A stretch of 64,000 bases of DNA. Origin: a bacterium (GTDB taxonomy: Bacteria > Zhuqueibacterota > Zhuqueibacteria > Residuimicrobiales > Krinioviventaceae). The translations under genes were made by a program, and so were the position numbers. The notes beneath the pieces were generated by a model. It was not told where the DNA came from. It saw only the letters and a program-made list of their open reading frames with translations, and made no database searches. Location of the stretch: assembly GCA_963674595.2 (NCBI GenBank), contig CAXXFV010000017.1:32001-96000 (forward strand). The letters are read 5' to 3'. Shown piece by piece: positions 27,699 through 37,544 of this stretch; position 1 is the first letter of the stretch, and each line of letters starts with the position of its first letter.

Positions 27699-29123
27699 AT
27701 GCCCGTTACCACCGAGCCGGGAATTCTGTCTATTTTACCGATTTGTTTAGCGTTGATTTTGGCATTTTATACCAAAGATGCCGTTTTTTCAATGGCAATT
27801 GGTTGTCTTGCCGGTGTAATCATTGCCGGACTCGATCCGTTATCCGGATTATCATTGCTGTTTCAGGAAGCGCTTGGCACAAAGGATTTTATCTGGGTGT
27901 TGATGATAGAAATTTCTGTCGGTGTGCTCATTGCATTTTATATGCGTTCAGGAGTGATTCAGGAATTTACAAAATGGGCTTTATTAAAAATTCGTTCCAG
28001 AAAGGCTGCGGCTGTTTTTGGCTGGTTGATGGGGATTTTTGTGTTCTATAGTGACTATTTTAGTCCGTTGTTTAGCGGGCCGATAGTAAAGCCCCTGACC
28101 GACCGTTATAAAATTTCCAGGGAAAAGCTGGCCTATTTACTGGATTCCGGCAGCGCCCCGGTTTGTACGTTGATACCCTTTAGCGGCTGGGCTGTATTTA
28201 TAGCGTGTTTACTCATCGGTTATGGCCCCATCGAATCTGCTAATGACGGCATGTCGGTTTTTATTCAATCGATTCTTTATAATTTTTATGGATGGTTTGC
28301 AATCATCCTGGCAGGGCTCCTGGCTTTTGGCATTGTCCCGCATTTTGGACCCATGAAAAAAGCAGAGGAAAGGGCCATTAAAGAAGGCAAAGTTTTGCGG
28401 GATGGCGCAACACCGTTGACCGGGAAAGAAATGGACCTGATCAAGCCCATTTCAAAAGAGAAAACAAGCCTGTTATTATTTTTTATTGTCCCGGTTTTAA
28501 TCATAATCGGCATTTCAGTAGGGAGTTTTATTGTTGTCAAATCACCCAAAATTCTCGAAGCCTTTTTTGCGGCTGTAATTTATATGGCAATTGCCATGAG
28601 CATTGGCCGGTATTTTGAAAATGTTAAAGATGGTATGAATGTAGCGATAAACGGCATAAAAGCGATCCTGCCGGCGATCCTTATCCTGGCAATGGCTTAC
28701 AGTATTAACAGCATTTCCCGCACACTGGGCGCTCAAACATTCATTATACATATTACAAAACCCTGGCTGGATTCTTTTTTATTACCGGTTATAGCATTCA
28801 TAACAGGAAGCATCATATCCTTTTTTACAGGAACAGCCTGGGGTACCTATGCCATTATGATTCCGCTGGTATTGCCTGTTTCAATGGAATTTTCAAACAA
28901 CACATTACAACCCCTGGTTTTTCTCACGGTCGGTGCGGTCATTAGCGGCGGCATAATGGGTGACCATTGCTCTCCGGTATCAGATACAACATGCCTGTCG
29001 TCCTTAGGCGCCGGGTCGGACCATATTGATCATGTGACAACTCAGTTGCCCTATGCTCTGTTAAGTGGTGTATTGGCGGCAATAATGTATCTTGTTCTTG
29101 GATTTGTATTTGTTCATAAATAA
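27699..29123 (+). CDS. NhaC-family transporter (probable amino-acid carrier)
   Basis: DYF, ISREKLAYLLDS.SAP, FFTGTAWGT, GDHCSPVSDTT..SS.GAG.DH..HV.TQLPY. Confidence 0.9.
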   Translation: MPVTTEPGILSILPICLALILAFYTKDAVFSMAIGCLAGVIIAGLDPLSGLSLLFQEALGTKDFIWVLMIEISVGVLIAFYMRSGVIQEFTKWALLKIRSRKAAAVFGWLMGIFVFYSDYFSPLFSGPIVKPLTDRYKISREKLAYLLDSGSAPVCTLIPFSGWAVFIACLLIGYGPIESANDGMSVFIQSILYNFYGWFAIILAGLLAFGIVPHFGPMKKAEERAIKEGKVLRDGATPLTGKEMDLIKPISKEKTSLLLFFIVPVLIIIGISVGSFIVVKSPKILEAFFAAVIYMAIAMSIGRYFENVKDGMNVAINGIKAILPAILILAMAYSINSISRTLGAQTFIIHITKPWLDSFLLPVIAFITGSIISFFTGTAWGTYAIMIPLVLPVSMEFSNNTLQPLVFLTVGAVISGGIMGDHCSPVSDTTCLSSLGAGSDHIDHVTTQLPYALLSGVLAAIMYLVLGFVFVHK

Positions 29124-29223
29124 TAAATCGGCAAAAGTGAAATAACCAACTTAAAATTAATAGCTAACTGCAAAATATTTTTTAAATAACAATTAATGTA
29201 ATTTTAACAACTTAGGAGAACAT

Positions 29224-31023
29224 GTGCCAATGATTAAGACGGGAACTATTATCAGGTTGTTTGTGATTTTTATTTTAGGAACCACAAGCTTATTTGCGCA
29301 AAATACATCTTTTCATGTTGTTGACAACTTGAGCGTTGGTTTAACAGCCGCGAATTATGAAAAATTTGGATCAGCTATTGCTGATATTGATGGAAACGGC
29401 TATCCGGATATTTGTTGTACCCGATGGGGGGGCGTTAATTTTAGTCACATTTTTATAAATAATGGCGGAAATTTTCAGGATATCTCCGACCAAACACCGT
29501 TGGAGACTATTGAAGGCGATGAAGCATCTAAAAATACTTATACACCATTGTGGGTTGATTTTGACAATGATGGCGATAAGGATTTGTGTTTCAGCACAAC
29601 AACGACCTTGCACCTGCTTCGTAATGATGATAATGTTTTTACAGATGTGGCACAGGAGCTTGGTTTTGTCAGTTCCAAACCGCCTGGTTTTATAATGGAA
29701 TGGGATGTGCATCCCGGTGCCTGGGGTGATTATGATTTGGATGGAGACCTTGATTTTATTGCCAGTCAGTTAAGCAATCCAAACGTGTATCTATTCCGTA
29801 ATGATGACGGACATTTTACGAACGTAGCCACAGAAGCAGGACTTGATGATACGGAAATGACCCAATCCTGGAGCCTGTCATTTGATGATGTCGATTTGGA
29901 TGGAGATGTAGACATTTACAGCAAACATACTTTTTATCTTAATGAAAACGGATATTTTACCAATGCTTCTGAAACAATGGGTATTAATGATGATTTTGTA
30001 ACAAATTACCGGGAAATGTTTGATTATGATAACGACGGTGATTTGGATTATATCAGAGTAAACTCTTCAACAACAGAAGATCCGTCCATTCAATTATGGG
30101 AAAACCAGAACGGCACTTTTACGGATATTAGTCAGCAAGTCGGTTTGTCATTGTTTACCAATTCAACCCGCAGCATTACCATCGGCGATGTTGATAATGA
30201 TGGTGATCAGGATGTTTTTGTACATAATAACCAAATGGAGGGTTACGACCTTTTATTGGTAAATGAAGAAGTTGAGCCGGGCGTTAGGGTCTTTGCTGAT
30301 ATTTCGAATTTTATTGGAATTAACGTTGAAGGTGATAGAAAAGGCGGCGGTTTTTTTGATTATAACATGGATGGATTTTTGGATATTTACGTTGCATCCG
30401 CGGTAAACCATGTTATGTTTCATAATGATGGTAATGATAATAATTGGCTTGGATTAATCCTGCAAGGAACAACTTCCAATCGTGATGCCGTAGGGAGCAT
30501 TGTTACGTTATATAACGGTGACACGATGCAAATTCGCACCCAAAAATGTGGAAATCATGTGGCCAATCAAAACAATCCATTTATCCATTTTGGTATAGGT
30601 GAATCAACAGATATTGATTCCGTGGTTATCCGATGGCCGTCCGGTATCCGACAGGTGTTGACGGGCCTGGATATAAATCAATATCATAATATCCTGGAAT
30701 CGGATGATACCTCAATTGTTGAAAAGGATGATTCTGCAAAACCTGCATCCTTTTCTTTAGCTCAAAATTATCCCAATCCTTTTAATCCGCAAACAAGGAT
30801 TGATTTTCACGTCGGCAGCAAAGGCCATGTCTCTTTAGACATTTATAACCTTATCGGCGAAAAAGTGGCAACCATCGTGAACAATGTTTATTCAGCCGGG
30901 CAATATAGTGTTGTATGGGACGGCAGAGATTTTAACGGAAATAAATTGCCAAGCGGCGTTTATATGTATTGTTTAAAATCCGGCGACCTCAATCAGACCA
31001 AAAAAATGGTTTTGATGCAGTAA
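29224..31023 (+). CDS. CRTAC1-like FG-GAP/ASPIC-UnbV protein with FlgD-Ig/T9SS-like C-terminal domain
   Basis: Repeated D.DNDGD.D; SNRDAVG...HFGIG...VIRWPSG; QNYPNPFNP...WDG. Confidence 0.9.
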   Translation: MPMIKTGTIIRLFVIFILGTTSLFAQNTSFHVVDNLSVGLTAANYEKFGSAIADIDGNGYPDICCTRWGGVNFSHIFINNGGNFQDISDQTPLETIEGDEASKNTYTPLWVDFDNDGDKDLCFSTTTTLHLLRNDDNVFTDVAQELGFVSSKPPGFIMEWDVHPGAWGDYDLDGDLDFIASQLSNPNVYLFRNDDGHFTNVATEAGLDDTEMTQSWSLSFDDVDLDGDVDIYSKHTFYLNENGYFTNASETMGINDDFVTNYREMFDYDNDGDLDYIRVNSSTTEDPSIQLWENQNGTFTDISQQVGLSLFTNSTRSITIGDVDNDGDQDVFVHNNQMEGYDLLLVNEEVEPGVRVFADISNFIGINVEGDRKGGGFFDYNMDGFLDIYVASAVNHVMFHNDGNDNNWLGLILQGTTSNRDAVGSIVTLYNGDTMQIRTQKCGNHVANQNNPFIHFGIGESTDIDSVVIRWPSGIRQVLTGLDINQYHNILESDDTSIVEKDDSAKPASFSLAQNYPNPFNPQTRIDFHVGSKGHVSLDIYNLIGEKVATIVNNVYSAGQYSVVWDGRDFNGNKLPSGVYMYCLKSGDLNQTKKMVLMQ

Positions 31024-31048
31024 AAGTTTTATAAGAGGAGGGGGTATT

Positions 31049-31098
31049 AAAAAAGTCAATTGCCGCATTGTTAAATGAGGGTTGTTGACTTTTTTTTT
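31049..31098. terminator. Probable bidirectional terminator
   Basis: AAAAAAGTCAA...TTGACTTTTTT imperfect hairpin between convergent genes. Confidence 0.6.
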
Positions 31099-31120
31099 AT
31101 TCCAATAACACCTGATATTT

Positions 31121-31846
31121 TTACGGCTTGAACCACTCGAGTAATTTTGCCGTCACCAGGTCGTGTCCTTTTCGGTTTGGATGGTTGACCTGGGACATGA
31201 GATCCTCAAGAGGCCCCTGGTTTTTTATATAGTCTTTAAAAGCCTGGTAACTGTCAACCAAAGCCACATCATGTTCCCGTGCAAGCTGACGAATTTGTTC
31301 GGCATGTTGATTTAAAGGATCATCGGGATCGTCAATATCCGCCCGTTTATCTCCTGTGGGCGTCAGCAAAATAACCTTAATACCCTTTGCCTTGGCCGAC
31401 TCTATCATGGCCGTCCATGCGGTTTTTGCTTTTTCCAGACCGATGCTGAGGTCGTTCAGCCCATAATCAATAGTAATAATATCCGGTTTGTGACAGAGAA
31501 CGTCCTGCTCAAAACGTGCGGCGCCTCCGGCCGAAGTTTCTCCGCCGATGCCGGTAACGATTACATTCACAACGGCATAGGGAAACTGTTTTGCCAGTTC
31601 CTTATGCAGCAGGTGCGGATAGGCGTTAAAGGTATCAACAACAGGTGTTTTAAAATACCCGGACGGCACACTGTGGCCATGACACACAATATTAACAGTT
31701 CGGTTTTCCGGCCATTGTACATTCAGTAATTTTATAATGTCAGCCAGGTAAGTTGATTTGTCTGCCGGCTGCGGTCCCTGTGCGGAACAATTCGTGAGTT
31801 TAACCAGCACCAATATCATTATTGTAAACAGGATTTTGATTTTCAT
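31121..31846 (-). CDS. SGNH/GDSL hydrolase (esterase), exported
   Basis: GHSV block I, GIGGE, DYGLND, NHPN; signal peptide from ATG 31846. Confidence 0.9.
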   Translation of the reverse strand: MKIKILFTIMILVLVKLTNCSAQGPQPADKSTYLADIIKLLNVQWPENRTVNIVCHGHSVPSGYFKTPVVDTFNAYPHLLHKELAKQFPYAVVNVIVTGIGGETSAGGAARFEQDVLCHKPDIITIDYGLNDLSIGLEKAKTAWTAMIESAKAKGIKVILLTPTGDKRADIDDPDDPLNQHAEQIRQLAREHDVALVDSYQAFKDYIKNQGPLEDLMSQVNHPNRKGHDLVTAKLLEWFKP

Positions 31847-31967
31847 AAAGAATCCTTGTAAATTTTGTAATATGAATGAATAACATGATTGACTAAACAG
31901 GATGGGGGAGAATATCATATCATAAAAAAAGCGAACCATACCGGTTCGCTTTTTCATTATAAAAATT

Positions 31968-33017
31968 TTACCGGGGCCATCTGTCTTCTACAGGCGGCAT
32001 TGCCGGAAATGTTGTATGCGGTTCAGTCTGGTACCAGAAAGCAACAGAAGCAATGTCATCCTGCAGCGGCTGGAACTTTTTGTCCGGCCACCAGCCCAGC
32101 GCCTGAATAGTCACTTTAAGTTCTTTTTCAAAGCGGATGGGGTCCATAATATGCCATCGGTACAAACCATGTTTCGGCACTTCACCGGGTTCTCGGCTGT
32201 ATAGCGGGTAACCGAGATAGGGCCCGGAATAGGTTTCATCGCCAAAACACCAGGCGCCGCCGAAATAATCTTCCGTGCCGGTGCCGCAAATTGTCGGATA
32301 TTCCTTGTCACCGTCCATAAAAAATTTGATTTCACCTTCGCCCCACCAGCCGTTGGACAACTGGGTCCAGGCCAGGAACGTGCCTACATAGTGCCCTTTG
32401 CCTTTGATGGCATCAACCAGAACATGTTCCGGCGCTTTTTTATCGGTAACACTGCGCCGCCATTGAGCATGAAAATAGGCGGCATTGTCGGCAACCTCTG
32501 TCAGGGCGTAATTTATTTGATAATAAAAACCGTCAATCAAATTTAAATGCTGGTTTTCAATGGTTATTTTACAATGTTTACGGAACGGCATGGGCCAGTA
32601 ACAGTTAAATCCGCCAACAGGATTAACCGAAACAGGAAGCGAATTGACATTATATCTTAAACCGTGGCCGTTGGCAAAAAAATCACCTAATGGAACTTCC
32701 ACAGAGGGCTGTTCTTCATGGTCCCAGTATATACGAAGAATACAATCACGATACGCTTCTTTTCTAACAGTCAGCCAGATATGCTGAATTTCACCCGGAC
32801 CTTCAATGTCGGCCAACACATAGGTGGTATCTTTTTCCAGATTCATATAGGGACGGACTTTCCAGCCTTTTCCCAAACGTCCGGCCGGTTCATTGGATTG
32901 CGGCGTTTCCATAGCGCCTCCGCCTGGTTTGCCGTTTGGATTTTCCGCAGAAATGGACCGGGTTTTGGCGTTTGATAAAAGGTGGATGTTTCCCAGTCCG
33001 TTTGTAAAACCATTCAT
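31968..33017 (-). CDS. DUF2961 / GH172 family glycoside hydrolase
   Basis: SISAENP, GPGEIQHIW, PSVEVPLGDFF, WWGEGE, GTGTEDYFGGAW. Confidence 0.9.
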   Translation of the reverse strand: MNGFTNGLGNIHLLSNAKTRSISAENPNGKPGGGAMETPQSNEPAGRLGKGWKVRPYMNLEKDTTYVLADIEGPGEIQHIWLTVRKEAYRDCILRIYWDHEEQPSVEVPLGDFFANGHGLRYNVNSLPVSVNPVGGFNCYWPMPFRKHCKITIENQHLNLIDGFYYQINYALTEVADNAAYFHAQWRRSVTDKKAPEHVLVDAIKGKGHYVGTFLAWTQLSNGWWGEGEIKFFMDGDKEYPTICGTGTEDYFGGAWCFGDETYSGPYLGYPLYSREPGEVPKHGLYRWHIMDPIRFEKELKVTIQALGWWPDKKFQPLQDDIASVAFWYQTEPHTTFPAMPPVEDRWPR

Positions 33018-33036
33018 AAACTTCTCCTGTTTGTTC

Positions 33037-34521
33037 TTATTTCGCTTTTAACCGAATAGTTGTTATTGATTTTGAAGGAATTGACAAACTTTTTACGTGT
33101 TTTTCTGTTTTTATCGTTTTTGGGACCAATACCTCCGGAGATTCAAATGTGTTGTGATCATTAATGTTTTTACCTGTTAACTGCTGTACCTGATCAATTT
33201 CAAATATTTTTTCAGAAATGATGTTCAAATCCAGTTCTATTGATTTTTCCAAGTCGAAATTGATAACTGAAAGAAACAGGGTCTGTTCATCATCGGATTG
33301 AGTTACCGACACGGACAATGCCTCCCGTTTATCACCTTTTTCGTTTTGAATGGTCGGACAGTCGTCCAGTTTTTGCCGAATGATATGTGCCTCACGATGA
33401 GGTTTAAACATGTCATATACGTGATAGGTTGGTGTTAAAACCAGGTTCGAACCTTGTGTTAAAATTAGGGCCTGCAGCACGTTTAGTGTCTGGGCCATAT
33501 TGGTCATAACCAGGTTTTCGCTCAGTTCATGAAAAAGATGAAAACCGGCTGCGGCAAAAATGGCGTCCTGTAATGTGTTTTGCTGATAAAGGCCGCTGTC
33601 AACCGTTGCTTCGCCATGCCACGCACCCCATTCATCCAGAATAACTTTGATTTGATGGTTTTCCGTGCTGAAAGCTTTGCATATATTAATGGCCCGTGTC
33701 AGATTTTTCTGCAGGATACTGATCTCTTCAATCATCAGATTGTGATAGTCTTTGTCTGTAATATTTAAATCCGGTGTATACCAGCCGGAATAAATATGCA
33801 GCGCAATATAATCTACCAGGTAATGTGCCCCTTTCATCGCTTCGAGATAACGATGGTCCCAGTCCGTAATTTGGGGATGTGATCCGCAGGCAATCAGTTT
33901 GGCATCCTTACTGGTTGTTTGTCTTATAAAAGTCGCGTATTGTCGGTATAAATCAGCATAATATTCAGCCGTCATCCGTCCGCCGCAGGCCCAGCTTTCA
34001 TTGCCGATTCCCCAATATTTGACGTCATAGGGTTCTTTGTGCCCGTTAGCCGCCCGCTGTTCCGTTAACGTTGTCTTTTGGTCGCAGTTACAATACTCAA
34101 CCCATTGACGTGCATTTTCAACCGTTCCGCTGCCGACATTAACGGCCAGATAGGGTTCCGAGTTTATCATTTTACAGAACCGCATAAACTCTTCGGTGCC
34201 GAATTCATTGGATTCCGCCTGTTTCCACCAGATGTTCATACGTTTGGACCGCTGTTCGCGCGGCCCGATTCCGTCTTTCCAGTTATAATTATCTGCAAAA
34301 CACCCCCCCGGCCAGCGTAAAACCGGCAGTTCCAGCTTTTTTAAAGCTTCAACCGTATCCAGGCGAATGCCGTTTTCATTTTTGATATTGGATTTTTCGC
34401 CAACCCAAATACCGCCGTAAACACATCTGCCCAAATGTTCTATAAACTGACTGTATATTTTTTTATCTACTTTGTGAAACGCCATATAAGGGTAAAGGGT
34501 TAATAAAGGATTCTTTGCCAT
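33037..34521 (-). CDS. abfA: Alpha-L-arabinofuranosidase (GH51)
   Basis: FIEHLGRCVYGG, RWPGGCFAD, WGIGNE, LDEWGAW, NMAQTLNVLQ. Confidence 0.92.
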   Translation of the reverse strand: MAKNPLLTLYPYMAFHKVDKKIYSQFIEHLGRCVYGGIWVGEKSNIKNENGIRLDTVEALKKLELPVLRWPGGCFADNYNWKDGIGPREQRSKRMNIWWKQAESNEFGTEEFMRFCKMINSEPYLAVNVGSGTVENARQWVEYCNCDQKTTLTEQRAANGHKEPYDVKYWGIGNESWACGGRMTAEYYADLYRQYATFIRQTTSKDAKLIACGSHPQITDWDHRYLEAMKGAHYLVDYIALHIYSGWYTPDLNITDKDYHNLMIEEISILQKNLTRAINICKAFSTENHQIKVILDEWGAWHGEATVDSGLYQQNTLQDAIFAAAGFHLFHELSENLVMTNMAQTLNVLQALILTQGSNLVLTPTYHVYDMFKPHREAHIIRQKLDDCPTIQNEKGDKREALSVSVTQSDDEQTLFLSVINFDLEKSIELDLNIISEKIFEIDQVQQLTGKNINDHNTFESPEVLVPKTIKTEKHVKSLSIPSKSITTIRLKAK

Positions 34522-34602
34522 TATTGTTCCTTTCATTATGTGTTGCTGATTGGTAAAAATTCAGTCTTACCAATATGGTTTTGGTGCTGAGTTAAAAGAA
34601 TA

Positions 34603-36126
34603 TCATAGAGATTTTATTTCAATATTTTTTATACCGGACCGGTTGATAATTAAAATATTGTCCACACCGCGAAACGGGCCGAAACTCCAGTATTTTTTAT
34701 CAAGGGGTTTGCCGTCCGCAAAAACCTGTGGGGTAAAACACAGTTTAATTCGTTCCGTTCCATTCTCTTCAAAAGCCTCATAGCTGACATTTCCCGGCTT
34801 GTACGTCACTTTTACCAAAGGTGTTGTGATATAAAAAATATGGTCCTCGTCTTTGGGCAGCATTTCCGGCAGCTCTGATATCCCGTCTAAAATATGGGGT
34901 AAATAATCCCAATAGGAATCGGAAAACCAGGGTTCGACATATTCCAGTCCAGTATAGTTTATAGACATGTGGTTTTTGGAATATTTGTTATAGGCGGAAT
35001 AGGTTGCCAGGGCAAAAGTGGCCCGCGCTTCTTCACGGACTTTTTCATCAAGGCATACGCCAAACCACTTGGCAACAATCGACGCATAACGGGCCGTATG
35101 ACTGCTCATTTCCTGAAAACAGCCGTCCTGCTCGCGGATGCTTGTGGCGCCATAACGTTTTGTCTGGCCAAACCGGTTTTCAACCCAGGCAATAAGCGCG
35201 GGAATATGTTCTTTATAGTCCGGGTCAATTTCAGGATGTTTCAGGATATACCGGGCCGTTTCCATCGGGTTTTGTTGATTTAAATTATCATAGTTTGAAA
35301 CCACGTCTTCATAATAACCGGACCATTTATAGTTTTGCATCGGATAGGTTATTATCCAGTTCCAAAGCAGTTCCCGTTTTTCTGCTATTTGTTCTTTGTT
35401 CAGCGTGCATAATTCATTTTTAGAAATCAGATCAAAAAGCCGGATAACAAGTATCATGTTCGAGCAATAGGGATCCAAAACCTCACCGGTTTTTAAATTT
35501 ACACGAAAGGGAAGAGGTGACTTGTTTTCATCGCCCGGTTTTATCTGTTCCAGAATGAGTTTTGTCATTTCTTCGGCCCGGGCAAAATATTCGGTTTTTC
35601 CGGTGAAATTGGAATATTCGATGTATCCGATAGCGACCATACAAATTTTGTCCACGCCGCCCCATTCATCCGTATATTCACCGTCCGGTGTGTCATCCTG
35701 TGTTCGGGGTACATTGGGCCAGGCCCAATCGCAGGGCGTATGGTAATAGGCAACACGTTCAATCAGTCTCTGCACCGGTAACAGGGCGTCCAAATCTCCG
35801 TTATAGGCATAATATCTTTTAAAAGTTTCCATGCCCCAGTAAACATTACTGCCCTGATTGTTTTGTTTGTGGCAAAACGTGCCGTCCACATATAATTTTG
35901 ATGTTACAAGATAAAGCGGATCCTTTCCGAATTTTGATGCCTTTGTCGGGCAGTTTTTTAAAAAATTCATACTCCAGACCAATATATTATCATATCCGGT
36001 CCACGGCTGCAAACGATCATTTTCATCTAACACAACGTTGTGATCTTTTAGCATCTGTGCGTATAAATTATTTAGAGATAATAAAGTAATTAATAAAAAT
36101 ACCAGCTTTTTCATTTCCGAGCGCAT
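34603..36126 (-). CDS. Secreted hypothetical protein, putative six-hairpin glycosidase-like
   Basis: Signal peptide; W.GYYED, EQD, WFSD.Y.DY motifs; sits at the head of the GH51-GH172-SGNH run. Fold is inferred. Confidence 0.55.
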   Translation of the reverse strand: MRSEMKKLVFLLITLLSLNNLYAQMLKDHNVVLDENDRLQPWTGYDNILVWSMNFLKNCPTKASKFGKDPLYLVTSKLYVDGTFCHKQNNQGSNVYWGMETFKRYYAYNGDLDALLPVQRLIERVAYYHTPCDWAWPNVPRTQDDTPDGEYTDEWGGVDKICMVAIGYIEYSNFTGKTEYFARAEEMTKLILEQIKPGDENKSPLPFRVNLKTGEVLDPYCSNMILVIRLFDLISKNELCTLNKEQIAEKRELLWNWIITYPMQNYKWSGYYEDVVSNYDNLNQQNPMETARYILKHPEIDPDYKEHIPALIAWVENRFGQTKRYGATSIREQDGCFQEMSSHTARYASIVAKWFGVCLDEKVREEARATFALATYSAYNKYSKNHMSINYTGLEYVEPWFSDSYWDYLPHILDGISELPEMLPKDEDHIFYITTPLVKVTYKPGNVSYEAFEENGTERIKLCFTPQVFADGKPLDKKYWSFGPFRGVDNILIINRSGIKNIEIKSL

Positions 36127-36342
36127 AATGGTAACTCCTCGAGATGGTAATAAACTGTATTTTTTGATAATTTTTTCACCTAACCTATTATTGTTTAATA
36201 AACGCAATATATAAAAAAGGTTTTAAAAACAAAATCTTTTTAAAAAGAATTATTTAATTTTAACATGACAAAATCCTTTAAAGTAAACATTTTTATTAAT
36301 ATATTTCCTGTCAAGACATTAGACACTGAAAGGAATGATACA

Positions 36343-37521
36343 ATGAAAAAACTAATCCTTCTTGTTCCAATTTGTTTTCTTGTGGTGTGGCTGTTCAACT
36401 CTTGTGGAGAGGCTCCGGAAACAAACTTGCAACAAAAATTTTCGCAAGTAGACAGTCTGCTCATCAAAGGAACCCTGGCAGGTATTCGAAATATTGACAG
36501 CTTGAAAACAGCGCAGGCCAACCTTGCCCGGTCTTTTACCAAAAATTTAAAAATTGATAAAATTAAGAAAGAAGATTTGTACGAGGCGGCACAACTGTTT
36601 TATTTGGCAAAAGACAAGGATGCTGCCATTGAAGCATTGGAAAAGTTTAAAAATACCGCTGACAGTGTAAATGAAATGTCATTTTTGTTCGAGTTGTATT
36701 GTGAAAATGACCGCCTGGAAGATGCTGAAAAATTAATAAATATTTTAAAAATTAAAGCGCCGCAGGGACTTTACTCTAATTATTTAAATTTATTTTACGG
36801 TTATGATGAACGCGGCGATTTGGAAAAAGCCCTGTGGGTTGCTGATCAGGCCATTCCAAAACTAAACGGCCCCAAAGCAGCTTTTTTTCAGGTAGAAAAA
36901 GCACAGGTACTGTGGTCTTTGGGAAAAAAACAGGATGCGCTGGAACTGTTAAAATCGGTAAAATCTGATTATGCCGGAAATGAACAGGTTATCAGGCGTG
37001 CCGACAACAAGTTGAATCTGTTTAATCTGACAGGTAAAAAAGCCCCGGAACTTGTTGTTTCCGAATGGCTGGATACACCGGGCACAAGTTTAAAACAATT
37101 AAAGGGCAAGGTGGTTTTGTTGGATTTTTGGGCTCCCTGGTGCGGTCCCTGCCGGGCCATGTTTCCGCACCTTAAACGCATGTATACAATGTATCATGAT
37201 AAAGGACTGGAAATTTTGGGCATTACCCGCTATTACGGATCGTTTAACCAGTTGGGTGAAATGTTGAGAGATTTGTCTCACGATGATGAACTGGAATGGA
37301 TAAAAAAATTCAAGAAACACCATAAAATACCTTTTCCCTATGGTATAGCCGATGAAAATGGTGGTATGGTGAATGCAAAGGCTTATGGCATTGGCGGTAT
37401 TCCCCATGCCGTATTGATTGACAAAAAAGGTGTTGTACGTTTTTATGCCATTGGTTCCGGTAAATCATCGGAAGAAAAAATTGAAGCCGGAATTATACAA
37501 TTGCTCGAAGAACCCCGCTAA
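36343..37521 (+). CDS. TlpA-family thiol-disulfide oxidoreductase lipoprotein with TPR-like region
   Basis: Lipobox-like FNSC; LKGKVVLLDFWAPWCGPC; GIPHAVLIDKKG. Confidence 0.9.
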   Translation: MKKLILLVPICFLVVWLFNSCGEAPETNLQQKFSQVDSLLIKGTLAGIRNIDSLKTAQANLARSFTKNLKIDKIKKEDLYEAAQLFYLAKDKDAAIEALEKFKNTADSVNEMSFLFELYCENDRLEDAEKLINILKIKAPQGLYSNYLNLFYGYDERGDLEKALWVADQAIPKLNGPKAAFFQVEKAQVLWSLGKKQDALELLKSVKSDYAGNEQVIRRADNKLNLFNLTGKKAPELVVSEWLDTPGTSLKQLKGKVVLLDFWAPWCGPCRAMFPHLKRMYTMYHDKGLEILGITRYYGSFNQLGEMLRDLSHDDELEWIKKFKKHHKIPFPYGIADENGGMVNAKAYGIGGIPHAVLIDKKGVVRFYAIGSGKSSEEKIEAGIIQLLEEPR

Positions 37522-37544
37522 TTTGGATGGAATAACACAGTATA

